From the IMG/VR virus record IMGVR_UViG_3300048575_000438, positions 1 through 44,393 of that record: a stretch of 44,393 nt of DNA; one strand, written 5' to 3'. Source of the stretch: a virus (lineage: Duplodnaviria; Caudoviricetes). Shown in pieces: positions 17,486-25,862 of this stretch. A program made the translations under genes and the position numbers. Position 1 is the first letter of the stretch. Every line of letters starts with the position of its first letter. The notes under the pieces are model-generated. The model was not told the DNA's origin. It made no database searches and saw only the letters and a program-made list of their open reading frames with translations.

Positions 17486-17805
17486 AGACACTCCTTGAGC
17501 TTGCAGATGATCGCCTGAACATCGTCTTTGTCGTAAACACAAAAAAGCTGGTTTTCGTCGAAGCATCCATCACGTGCGGTCGCCTCAATATCGAGCGGGG
17601 CCGATTCTCCTGCTCCCATCCTTTCACATGTATCAATAAAGACTTCATTATCTTTGTCGAGCGGGTTGTCAAATCCGAAATAGATGAAATCGTTCGTCCA
17701 TGATTCGAGCTTTACCTTTAACTCGCCGATATTGCACGGGCTATATTTTGCAAAGACGGTATTCGGAGGAAGGGCAAGAAAAGTCTTTCGGTCAACGATT
17801 TTCAT
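17482..17805 (-). CDS. Hypothetical phage protein
   Basis: MKIVDRKTFLALPPNTVFAKY; coupled overlaps. Confidence 0.75.
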   Translation of the reverse strand: MKIVDRKTFLALPPNTVFAKYSPCNIGELKVKLESWTNDFIYFGFDNPLDKDNEVFIDTCERMGAGESAPLDIEATARDGCFDENQLFCVYDKDDVQAIICKLKECL

Positions 17806-18053
17806 TCTTCTGTACTCCTTTGTGCCAGTCTTTCCGAAAGGGCGTTCGGTTTATCGATTGCGCGAACGGAATCGAGTTTCACCCGCACCTGTTTTCCGCC
17901 GCGTTTTTCTATAACGCAAGTACCAATCGGAAGCGATACGGAAACGAGCTTCCCGGTTTTCACGGTATAGGCTATGCCAATCGTTTTCGTGTTGACCGAT
18001 ACTTTCTTTTCGACGAAGGAAACCTTGTCGCCGGTTTTGAAATCGCAGGTCAT
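17802..18053 (-). CDS. Hypothetical protein
   Basis: FKTGDKVSF; coupled overlaps. Confidence 0.7.
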   Translation of the reverse strand: MTCDFKTGDKVSFVEKKVSVNTKTIGIAYTVKTGKLVSVSLPIGTCVIEKRGGKQVRVKLDSVRAIDKPNALSERLAQRSTEE

Positions 18054-18760
18054 GCCACACCTCCAATCTGCTTGATCCCGTTACCAGCTCGCGATTCCGC
18101 AACCTGACGATTCAGGGAAATATCGTCGCCGCGATAATATCCGGCGGCTGACGACGCGCTTTCCTTGACGCCGACGGTTCGATTTTTGAGTGATTTTCCG
18201 CAATCAAGCCTTGCGGCCTTTTCCGATTCGGTGTTGATGACGGCGAGCGCGGTACATTCGGACGTTTCGCGCTCCATTGCTTCCTTGAGCCTTTCGGCTA
18301 GCCGATACGCCATACCGACGCGGAAATCGTTCGCATTGAAGGTATAGAAACGGAGGTCGCGGCACCTTTCCGATTCTTCGCGCGTGCATCGATTTATCAC
18401 GCTTTCCAGATAGTCGTACATGACAACGGCGCTTCGGACATTATGCTCAAGCCCGTACAGCTTTTGCTTTCTCGCTCCGCTTTTGCGCCTTTCAGTAATC
18501 ATGGTGCAATAGTTTGCGTTTGCGACGCCGATCATCAGGATTGTTTTCCACTTCATTTCACGACCATATTCCTTGACACAATGGGCGGATATATCCGGCT
18601 TCTCATGGATGTCCTCGGCGCACAGGTTATATTCTTTCAATAGAGCGTGCGCCTTTTCATAGGCCGCAACCGCTTCGGCTTCATTCGGTGATTTCGAGAG
18701 CTTGAGCAACTTTGCTATTTTCTCGATAACCTTGTTCATGTCGTCAGAATCTTTTTTCAT
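18050..18760 (-). CDS. DUF2786 domain protein
   Basis: KIAKLLKLS.SPNEAEA.AAYEKAHALLKEYNL. Confidence 0.85.
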   Translation of the reverse strand: MKKDSDDMNKVIEKIAKLLKLSKSPNEAEAVAAYEKAHALLKEYNLCAEDIHEKPDISAHCVKEYGREMKWKTILMIGVANANYCTMITERRKSGARKQKLYGLEHNVRSAVVMYDYLESVINRCTREESERCRDLRFYTFNANDFRVGMAYRLAERLKEAMERETSECTALAVINTESEKAARLDCGKSLKNRTVGVKESASSAAGYYRGDDISLNRQVAESRAGNGIKQIGGVA

Positions 18761-19425
18761 GCCGCTTTCCTCCCCGCCTCGATTCCCTTGAACTCGACGA
18801 CCCATACCCACGGATTCGCGTCCCACGATCCGGGGCCATTGATGGATTCCCAAAGGCCGCCGAAGGATTGGCGGTAGTTAAAACCAACTTTCATTGGCAT
18901 ATATTCGGTGTGCAATTCGCATCCCTCGCGCTTGGCATCTTCCTCACTAATGTCTTGCAACCGCTCGACGCGGACGAGCGTTATCTCGCGGCAGATACGG
19001 GAGGCTTCGCGATATGTACCGTTTGCAAGTAACTTGCCTTTCGGTGCCGGTGCAAGTCGCTCGGGGTATCGAACAGTTTTGAAAAGCTTGTCCGCCTGAT
19101 ATTCGATGTCGATTTCGCGTGAACCGCCGCGAACGTTTATAACGCGGGCAGATTCGCGGACATAAAGCCGGTCTCCGATCACGCCGTAAGGACAAAAATA
19201 CTCTTTTCCGTTTTCATCACAGAAACCGTAATGTCCATCAGAAAATGGCCCGCATTCCCCAAAATCTGGATACGGCTCAAAGCCAGTCGGCGGTTGCGGC
19301 TTGATAATCCGCCGCGTCATGGTCTTAATCGGCAACTCCGGGTCAATCGCCGTTCCGTCCGGTCTCGTGTTCAAAAGTGCCCGCACCATCGGCGCGCTCA
19401 TTAAAATCGGTCGTTCCCGTGTCAC
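18757..19425 (-). CDS. ASCH/PUA-like phage protein
   Basis: RPILMSAPMVRALL...KTMTRR...CPYG..GDRLYVRE...VERLQDISEEDA..EG...NPWVWVVEF. Confidence 0.85.
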   Translation of the reverse strand: MTRERPILMSAPMVRALLNTRPDGTAIDPELPIKTMTRRIIKPQPPTGFEPYPDFGECGPFSDGHYGFCDENGKEYFCPYGVIGDRLYVRESARVINVRGGSREIDIEYQADKLFKTVRYPERLAPAPKGKLLANGTYREASRICREITLVRVERLQDISEEDAKREGCELHTEYMPMKVGFNYRQSFGGLWESINGPGSWDANPWVWVVEFKGIEAGRKAA

Positions 19426-19511
19426 GGTGTCACCTCCTCGACCTGCTTAACATCCCCAACCGCCTCAACGTCCTCTATGAAGTCGATGTCGGCCAAATCG
19501 TCGCTATCCAT
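19422..19511 (-). CDS. 29-aa acidic peptide, first ORF of the par operon
   Basis: MDSDDLADIDFIEDVEAVGDVKQVEEVTP; RBS GGAGG; GTGA overlap with the next gene. Confidence 0.55.
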   Translation of the reverse strand: MDSDDLADIDFIEDVEAVGDVKQVEEVTP

Positions 19512-19563
19512 GCCGTTATTCCTCCCGTCTGTCTATAATCTTGTAATTATCTACCTAGAACCT

Positions 19564-19593
19564 ATCTTACTGTATCTTATTACATTCTGTCAA
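19564..19593 (-). promoter_or_regulatory. Sigma70 promoter of the leftward par operon
   Basis: TTGACA-18 nt-TAAGAT. Confidence 0.65.
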
Positions 19594-19639
19594 GTTAATA
19601 TATATAATCTACCTAGATAAAATAGATAGTTATTAGTTA

Positions 19640-19990
19640 GTATCTGTATAGACTGTCTGTATAGAATCTTGTTATTTCTTGTACCAAGCGTACCAATTTA
19701 ACCGGTTTACTGTACCAGAACTGTACCGCGCTAAGTCGTTATATTATATATATTTATCTTAGTAATATTTTATTTGTACCGGATGTTACAGAGATATGCA
19801 CATACGTACGCGCGCACACACGCGCGCACGCGCGCACGCGCACACGTACGAGGGGGCTATTTCGTGTACCATCTGTACCACGCGTAACAAAGCTATGTAA
19901 CTCTATACAGTGTAAGTAATTAGTGTGGTACAGAAAGCGGTACAGATGGTACAAATGCTACAGAATTGTTTGTAAGTCTATACAGCATAT
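19640..19990. repeat. Putative replication origin: YGTACC iterons, inverted CTGTATAGA pairs, AT tract and 57-bp RY tract
   Basis: 7 direct YGTACC and 3 inverted GGTACA; perfect purine-pyrimidine alternation at 19794-19850. Confidence 0.65.
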
Positions 19991-20004
19991 GAAGTTAGCG
20001 GCTA

Positions 20005-20050
20005 AGGTACTGTGGAAAAATCTAAAGCTGGCGGGTCGGCATCACGCTGG
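20005..20050 (+). other. Candidate lambda-type cos site (cosQ-like plus cosN-like)
   Basis: AGGTACT-21 nt-GGGTCGGCATCA, compared with lambda GGGTCCT...GGGCGGCGACCT; lies just before terS. Confidence 0.5.
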
Positions 20051-20097
20051 CCGCTTTTGTACACTAATTGACCTTTTCGTTTTCTGTTAAGTTGTAC

Positions 20098-20152
20098 TTG
20101 CTTAACGCTACTTAACAGGGTATAGTTACTTAACGGCGCTACTAATAGCGCC
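20098..20152 (+). promoter_or_regulatory. Terminase promoter with downstream hairpin
   Basis: TTGCTT-17-TATAGT, then GGCGCTA-CTAA-TAGCGCC. Confidence 0.65.
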
Positions 20153-20155
20153 TGT

Positions 20156-20179
20156 CGATCGTCGTGATGACGAACGGAG
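20156..20179 (+). promoter_or_regulatory. Pre-RBS hairpin motif copy
   Basis: CGA-TCGTC-GTGAT-GACGA-ACGGAG before TTG 20187. Confidence 0.65.
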
Positions 20180-20186
20180 TAGACAG

Positions 20187-20855
20187 TTGCCCATAATCTC
20201 ATGCGCCGCATTTGCGGAAATCGCGGGCGTCTCGCGCTCGGCAATTTCGCAGGCCGCAAAGCCGAAAGACGGCAAGCCGCCAAAACTCGCATTACAGTCC
20301 GACGGGACGATCGATACCGATCTTCCCATAAATGCCGCATACCTCAAGGGTAGACGCGACAAATCAACCGCGTTAAAAAAGTCTGCCGAAACACCTGCAC
20401 AACCTAAAGTAAAAAAAACAACACGCGAGACGATCAAAAAGAGTGACACGGTGTCACCGTCTGCATCATCGCCGACGGAATCAACCAGTCAGGACGAACC
20501 TGACGACGATGATGACGAAGCGATCATATCCGCGACGCTCGAAGTTGCAGAAGAAAAACTCAAGTACACCCGCGCCCGTCGTATAAACGCCGAAGCCGAC
20601 ACCCGATTAAAAAACCTTCGCGAGGCCGAGGCAAAGAAAGTCACCATTCACCGCGATATCGTCCGGCGGAAGTGGGCCGCGATGGATGCGGCAATAAAAA
20701 CCAATTTCTGCGATCTTCCCCGGCGCATATCATCACGCCTGACCGCGATTGCAACAAGTGAAGGTCAAGCCGCTGTCGAACGTTACCTCGAAGAACAAAT
20801 CGGCATATCTCTCGCGAAAACGAAAAAAGAAGCGCGCGATCAGGGGCTCGAATGA
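20187..20855 (+). CDS. Terminase small subunit (Nu1-like)
   Basis: N-terminal HTH (AFAEIAGVSRSAISQ), coiled coil, LPRRIS; ATGA-coupled to terL. Confidence 0.8.
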   Translation: MPIISCAAFAEIAGVSRSAISQAAKPKDGKPPKLALQSDGTIDTDLPINAAYLKGRRDKSTALKKSAETPAQPKVKKTTRETIKKSDTVSPSASSPTESTSQDEPDDDDDEAIISATLEVAEEKLKYTRARRINAEADTRLKNLREAEAKKVTIHRDIVRRKWAAMDAAIKTNFCDLPRRISSRLTAIATSEGQAAVERYLEEQIGISLAKTKKEARDQGLE

Positions 20856-22822
20856 CGGCGCAAGAACTGTTTACCGAATCTGAACTCGCCGAGCAGAGCG
20901 CGTGGCTCGACGACATTGTCGATGAGATAATCCATACCGAAACGAATCACCTCACCGTCAGCGAATGGGCCGAACGGAAGCGCGTTATTCCAAAGGGCTT
21001 GTCGCCGATATGGGGCCCGTTCTCGTGGGAAGTTACCCCGTACCTACGCGAGATTGTCGACTGTCTTTCCGCTACCTCGCCCGTTCAGGAAGTCGTCGTC
21101 ATGAAGGGCGCACAGATTGGTTTTACCGTCGGCGTCCTTGAGAACTGGATCGGGTACGTGATCGATTGCGAGCCGGGGCCGATGATGTTCGTCTCGGGCG
21201 ACAAGGAAATGGCCGAGGCGGCTATCGAATTGCGCGTCGACCGAATGATCGATTCCGCCGGGATCGCCGACAAGATTTTTTCACAGTCCGAAAAAGAAGG
21301 GAATCGCGGCACAGGTAATACAAAAAAGAAAAAGGAATTTGCCGGCGGTTTCCTTCTCCCGGTCGGCCCGAACAGCGCAACAAAGTTGCGACAGTTTTCC
21401 GTACAGTACGAAGCGCTCGACGAAGTCGAAGCGTACCCCGCGAGTGCCGAAGACGAAGGCGATCCGTTAAAACTTCTCCGTGCCCGAACGTATTCTTTTA
21501 CAGAGACGCGCAAGATTCTCTACGGTTCTACCCCGGCGATTAAGCAGACCTCGAAGATCGAGCCGCTTTTTCTCGAAGGAGACCAGCGTCGGTACTACGT
21601 CCCCTGTAAACATTGTAAAGAGATGCAATATCTTGAATGGTCGCAAATGCATTATGAAAAAAATGAAGACGGGAAACTGCTCTATGACTACAACGAAAAA
21701 GGCGAAGCGATAAAGGGAACCGGGCACGTCTGGTATGAGTGTAAGAAGTGTCACGGCCATTGGACAAATAACGATAAAATGTTTTTCTTGCCGCGCGGCG
21801 AATGGCGGCCAACGGCAAAACCGAAACGTCCGGGTCTACGTTCGTACCATGTCCCCGGTATGCTCTCGCCTGTCGGTTTCTATTCATGGGAAAACGCAAT
21901 CGAAGATTGGATCAACGCGCAAGGTAATCCGCTCGATCTCAAAGCTTTCGTAAACACCTTTTTCGGCGAGACCTTTGAAATTCGCGGCGAGGCTCCTCCG
22001 GTAGATCGCGTCATGCTTCGGCGTGACCCGGCCTATTTTCCCGAGACGCTTACCATTTCCGACGACGGCGAGCGCGTATGGACTGAAGCGCGCGTACCTA
22101 AAGGCCCGCTCATCGTCACCCTCGGCGCGGACGTTCAGCATGATCGTATCGAGTGCGAACTCGTCGCGTGGGGGCCAGGAAAGGAATCGTGGTCAATCGG
22201 ATACCACGTATTACCCGGAGACACGAGCGATCCGAACGGCCCGCCGTGGCAGGCGCTAACGGAAATACTTCACCGCCCGCTGCATGGCGGGTTAAAGCTC
22301 GTGCTCGCTCTCATCGACTCATCGGATCAGGCCCCCGTCGTGTATACCTATTGCGACCGCTTCATGTCCGGTGTACTTCCGATCAAGGGATCGTCGAACA
22401 CGCTTACCGGGCGGCGGATATTTGCGATCCGTGATGTCGCCGGTCATCAGTGTAAGCGTATCGACCTTGACGAAGGACAGCTCAAACAGGAGTTCTATGC
22501 GCAAACAAAGATCGGCCCGCTCGACGTTCCCGAGGCCGGTGCAGAGTTACCACCGGGCTATTGTCATTTCCCGCACGACGAGACCTATGACCGCCGCTAT
22601 TTCGAGAAACTCTACAGTGAAGACCACATACCCGAGACAGATCGATACGGGCGCACTCGTTATAAGTGGGTAAAGCATGGTCGCAACGAAGCCCTTGACG
22701 CCCGCGCTTATGCACTCGGCGCGCTCTATGTTATCGCCTCCCTGATAACGTGCGGCGACAACGATCCAGACGGTACCGTTGACTGGGATCAGTTCTGGGA
22801 AGCCCTGAAAGAATCTGCTTGA
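20852..22822 (+). CDS. Terminase large subunit, lambda gpA family
   Basis: TPYLREI, KGAQIGFT, LDEVE, STP, GADVQ, RNEALD. Confidence 0.95.
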   Translation: MTAQELFTESELAEQSAWLDDIVDEIIHTETNHLTVSEWAERKRVIPKGLSPIWGPFSWEVTPYLREIVDCLSATSPVQEVVVMKGAQIGFTVGVLENWIGYVIDCEPGPMMFVSGDKEMAEAAIELRVDRMIDSAGIADKIFSQSEKEGNRGTGNTKKKKEFAGGFLLPVGPNSATKLRQFSVQYEALDEVEAYPASAEDEGDPLKLLRARTYSFTETRKILYGSTPAIKQTSKIEPLFLEGDQRRYYVPCKHCKEMQYLEWSQMHYEKNEDGKLLYDYNEKGEAIKGTGHVWYECKKCHGHWTNNDKMFFLPRGEWRPTAKPKRPGLRSYHVPGMLSPVGFYSWENAIEDWINAQGNPLDLKAFVNTFFGETFEIRGEAPPVDRVMLRRDPAYFPETLTISDDGERVWTEARVPKGPLIVTLGADVQHDRIECELVAWGPGKESWSIGYHVLPGDTSDPNGPPWQALTEILHRPLHGGLKLVLALIDSSDQAPVVYTYCDRFMSGVLPIKGSSNTLTGRRIFAIRDVAGHQCKRIDLDEGQLKQEFYAQTKIGPLDVPEAGAELPPGYCHFPHDETYDRRYFEKLYSEDHIPETDRYGRTRYKWVKHGRNEALDARAYALGALYVIASLITCGDNDPDGTVDWDQFWEALKESA

Positions 22823-22950
22823 CGTACTCTACTTGTAGCGGTATAGTAAGCATATATGAGGACAAGCGCCGCTACTTATAGCGTCGTCACTGTCCGGCGG
22901 GTGACTCCGCGCGAAGCGTCCAATCTCCTCGGAGAATCTGGACGCTTTGT
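22819..22950 (+). promoter_or_regulatory. Late promoter with leader hairpin and terminator-like stem
   Basis: TTGACG-17-TATAGT; CGCTA-CTTA-TAGCG; AAGCGTCCA...TGGACGCTT-TGT. Confidence 0.7.
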
Positions 22951-22972
22951 CATATCCGGGGGCATAGCATGA
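22856..22972 (+). CDS. Possible 38-aa leaderless leader peptide
   Basis: ATG 8 nt after the -10 box; open through the hairpin; ATGA overlap with the next gene. Confidence 0.35.
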   Translation: MRTSAATYSVVTVRRVTPREASNLLGESGRFVISGGIA

Positions 22973-23202
22973 GCCGCCCGGTAGCCGACATACAGGCCGA
23001 TCTTGATATAGCCTATCAGGCCCGCCGCAACGCCCTCAAGGTCGAAGAGTATTCGACTGATTCCGGGCAGGGGCGTACTAGCGCGAAGCGCAACCTGCCA
23101 AACATTGAAGCAACCATCCGCATCCTTGAATCAGAGCTCGCCGACGCTTCCGATACCGGCGGTCAAACCCTTTCCGTCAGCGTAGACCGGGGGTCATTAT
23201 GA
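22969..23202 (+). CDS. gpW-like head completion protein
   Basis: Small gene between terL and portal; YSTDSGQGRTSAKRNL..IEATIR.LE. Confidence 0.7.
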   Translation: MSRPVADIQADLDIAYQARRNALKVEEYSTDSGQGRTSAKRNLPNIEATIRILESELADASDTGGQTLSVSVDRGSL

Positions 23203-24818
23203 AAGCGCCCGGCTTTTTCGCTCGCTTCCGTGATGCATGGAAGATCACCGCATCATGGGGATGGTCGGGCGGCGTAACATCCGGTTTTAAGTTCGATGGC
23301 TCGAAAATGCGCGGCGCACTTCGCGCCCTTTATGGTTCCGGCCGCGATCTCGATTACGACGCACTTCGCGAACGATCTCGCGCCGCATACTGGGACTCTA
23401 CCGAAGCCCGCGCGCTTCTCCAGCGGCTTGTCAGCAACGTAATCAACACCGGGCTCACGCTCGAATGTTCGCCCCTTTGGGAACTTCTCGGGTCGTCAAT
23501 GAGCGACGACGAAAAGCGCCAGTTCTCTCGTAACGTCGAACAGCGATTCTGGGCATGGGCTTCGAGCCACGAACCCGATGCGACTGGACGGCGGAACCTC
23601 ACGGAACTGCAAGAGTTTATTTTTGCGAATGAATTGCGTGATGGTGAGGGCGTGTGTATCCTCCGGTACTCGCCCTCATCTGATCGCATTTCCCCCCTGT
23701 CGATTCAAGTGCTCGACCCCGAGCAGATCGACGGGCGATATACAAACTTTATCGGCCCTGACCGCGCTGGTCTTACTGTCGAGGCCGCAAGCCGTGGCAA
23801 TGTCCTTCGTGACGGTCTCGAACTCACCCCCTCGGGCGAGCCGTTAGCTGTTTACCTCATCGACCCCGACACGCGAAAGACGACGCGCGTCCCGTTCTCT
23901 GGGCTGTCCGGTCGTCAGTTCGTACTTATGCCGTCTATCCTCGACCTTCCCGGTCAGGTGCGTGGCACCGGCCCCCTCGGGCCAGTCATTCACGAACTCC
24001 AAAAATCAACCGACTACAAGCTCTACGAAATCGAATCCGCCCTCGTCAACGCGATCATTGCCGCATACATCGTCCCGAGTGCAGGGAGTGACACAAAAAC
24101 AAAAGCGGAATCGGTAATTGGCGGAATAAAAGATCGCGGGTCATCGAACACAACCGGAAACGCGACACAGGAGCCCGCCGAAGTCCGCGTCACAAAGCCC
24201 GGTCTTTTTGTCGGCTCGCTCAAGAAAGGTGAGGACATTAAGAGCTTCGATACAAAGCGTCCGAATGTCAACTTTGAATCTTTCCTTTCGGCGATAACGA
24301 AATCCGTTTCTGCGTCTCTCGGAATTCCGGTCGAAGTCCTCGAAATGAAGTTCTCGTCGAATTATTCGGCGAGTCGCGCCTCGCTCATTATGTTCTGGCA
24401 GAACATCGAGAAGTGGCGCGCCCATTTCGTTAGCCAGCTTCTCCAGCCCATATATGAAGCATGGTTTGCCGAGGAGATTCGCGCTGGGCGTATATCCGCC
24501 CCCGGATTTTCAGCCTCTCCGTTCCTTCGCCGTGCATGGCTCTCCGCAAACTGGATTGGTGTATCGATGCCGAGCATCGACCCGCTCAAGGACGCACAGG
24601 CCGACGACGTGCGAATCGCTCAAGGCGCAACGACTCGCGAGCGCGTTGCCATGAAATACAACGGAACAGATTTCTACGATAACGCACGCCGCCTCCGACG
24701 CGAGGCTGATGAACTTCCGCCCGAGAACTCCACTGTCGCGTCATCGCGTCAGGCGGTGCCGGGTAGCACGGAAGACGAAATCGAGGAAGAGAAAAAACAA
24801 CAGGAAGGTGCCGCATGA
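23199..24818 (+). CDS. Portal protein, lambda family
   Basis: LRERSR, DGE, QVRG, NYSASRA, IDPLKD. Confidence 0.93.
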   Translation: MKAPGFFARFRDAWKITASWGWSGGVTSGFKFDGSKMRGALRALYGSGRDLDYDALRERSRAAYWDSTEARALLQRLVSNVINTGLTLECSPLWELLGSSMSDDEKRQFSRNVEQRFWAWASSHEPDATGRRNLTELQEFIFANELRDGEGVCILRYSPSSDRISPLSIQVLDPEQIDGRYTNFIGPDRAGLTVEAASRGNVLRDGLELTPSGEPLAVYLIDPDTRKTTRVPFSGLSGRQFVLMPSILDLPGQVRGTGPLGPVIHELQKSTDYKLYEIESALVNAIIAAYIVPSAGSDTKTKAESVIGGIKDRGSSNTTGNATQEPAEVRVTKPGLFVGSLKKGEDIKSFDTKRPNVNFESFLSAITKSVSASLGIPVEVLEMKFSSNYSASRASLIMFWQNIEKWRAHFVSQLLQPIYEAWFAEEIRAGRISAPGFSASPFLRRAWLSANWIGVSMPSIDPLKDAQADDVRIAQGATTRERVAMKYNGTDFYDNARRLRREADELPPENSTVASSRQAVPGSTEDEIEEEKKQQEGAA

Positions 24819-25129
24819 CTACCGAAATTATTGCAAGCGTCGTCACCGCCGCTGTCATTGGACTCGGCACGCTCGTTTTTAAGTTTGTCGTAAAACGCGT
24901 GAAGGCTTCCGACCCGCTTTCGCTCGCCGTTCGTGATCTTATTCCGACGGTCAATTTTCTTATTTCAATTCAAGGCCCGCAGACCGATGCGCTCATCGCG
25001 TTACTCGAAGCATCGAAGGGTCATTGCAATGGTAACGTCGACGCCGCGCTCAAAAAAACGCGCGAGTCAAAAGATAAGTACGACAAGTTTATCCAGTCAG
25101 CCGCGAAAATAGAGGAGGTTGCAGTATGA
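24815..25129 (+). CDS. Membrane protein (holin/antiholin candidate)
   Basis: One N-terminal TM helix; directly upstream of the endolysin. Confidence 0.55.
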   Translation: MTTEIIASVVTAAVIGLGTLVFKFVVKRVKASDPLSLAVRDLIPTVNFLISIQGPQTDALIALLEASKGHCNGNVDAALKKTRESKDKYDKFIQSAAKIEEVAV

Positions 25130-25608
25130 GTCGTAAAGTCGAAGACCTCACGCCGGAAACACAGAAGGCGCTTGACCCCGCATTTGACGAACTGAACGAA
25201 AAGAAAATTCCCTTTTTCGTTTCATCTACTCTCCGCACCTCCGGTGAACAGGCCGCGTTTTACGCGCAGCATAGGGAACCGCTCGGCGTTGTTAACGACC
25301 TCCGTGTTGCGGCTGGTCTTCGGAAAATATCGGCTTCGGAGAATACCTATACGGTCACAAACTGCGACGGCGTGAAAAATAAATCCGTTCATCAGTTCGG
25401 CAACGCTATCGACATCGTACCGATGGAAAACGGCGAGCCTGTATGGCCGCCCATATCCGATCCGCGATGGCGCGAAATTTCCGGCGTCATGGTGAAGTAC
25501 GGCTTCCGCTGGGGCGGCGACTGGAACGGCGACGGGCGAACGCGAGCCGACGGCGACGATACAGAAAAGCTCGTCGACTATCCGCATTACGAAAGGAGAA
25601 TAGCATGA
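25126..25608 (+). CDS. Endolysin, M15 family (L-Ala-D-Glu peptidase-like)
   Basis: TLRT..EQ, SVHQFGNAIDI, WGGDW, DYPHYE. Confidence 0.9.
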   Translation: MSRKVEDLTPETQKALDPAFDELNEKKIPFFVSSTLRTSGEQAAFYAQHREPLGVVNDLRVAAGLRKISASENTYTVTNCDGVKNKSVHQFGNAIDIVPMENGEPVWPPISDPRWREISGVMVKYGFRWGGDWNGDGRTRADGDDTEKLVDYPHYERRIA

Positions 25609-25862
25609 GCGATTCAGTCGTAAAAATCAAATGGTATGAGGAATCACCCGGCGTCATTTCCTCGAAGCGCCTTTTCGGCGGTTTCATTCTCGCGACCGGA
25701 TGGGCCATGAAAATCGGCCTTTTCTTTCTCGCCGTCTTCGGAAAGGTCAATGACCCCGGAACGGCGAGCGCGCAAGCCGACTCGCTCGTGTATGCGGGCG
25801 CTGGACTACTCGGCCTCACCATCGTCGATAATGCAACGAGCAAACTCGGGGGCGGGCAGTGA
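25605..25862 (+). CDS. Holin-like two-TM protein
   Basis: G.ISSKRL followed by two hydrophobic helices; RBS AAGGAG. Confidence 0.7.
   Translation: MSDSVVKIKWYEESPGVISSKRLFGGFILATGWAMKIGLFFLAVFGKVNDPGTASAQADSLVYAGAGLLGLTIVDNATSKLGGGQ

Noticed and set aside
19754-19954. 66-aa ORF with RVRVRACARVCAR
   Set aside because: Translation artefact of the RY tract in a non-coding region
19640-20000. CRISPR array or N15-like telomere-resolution site
   Set aside because: Repeats are 6-11 bp with irregular spacing; no long perfect palindrome, cas gene or protelomerase
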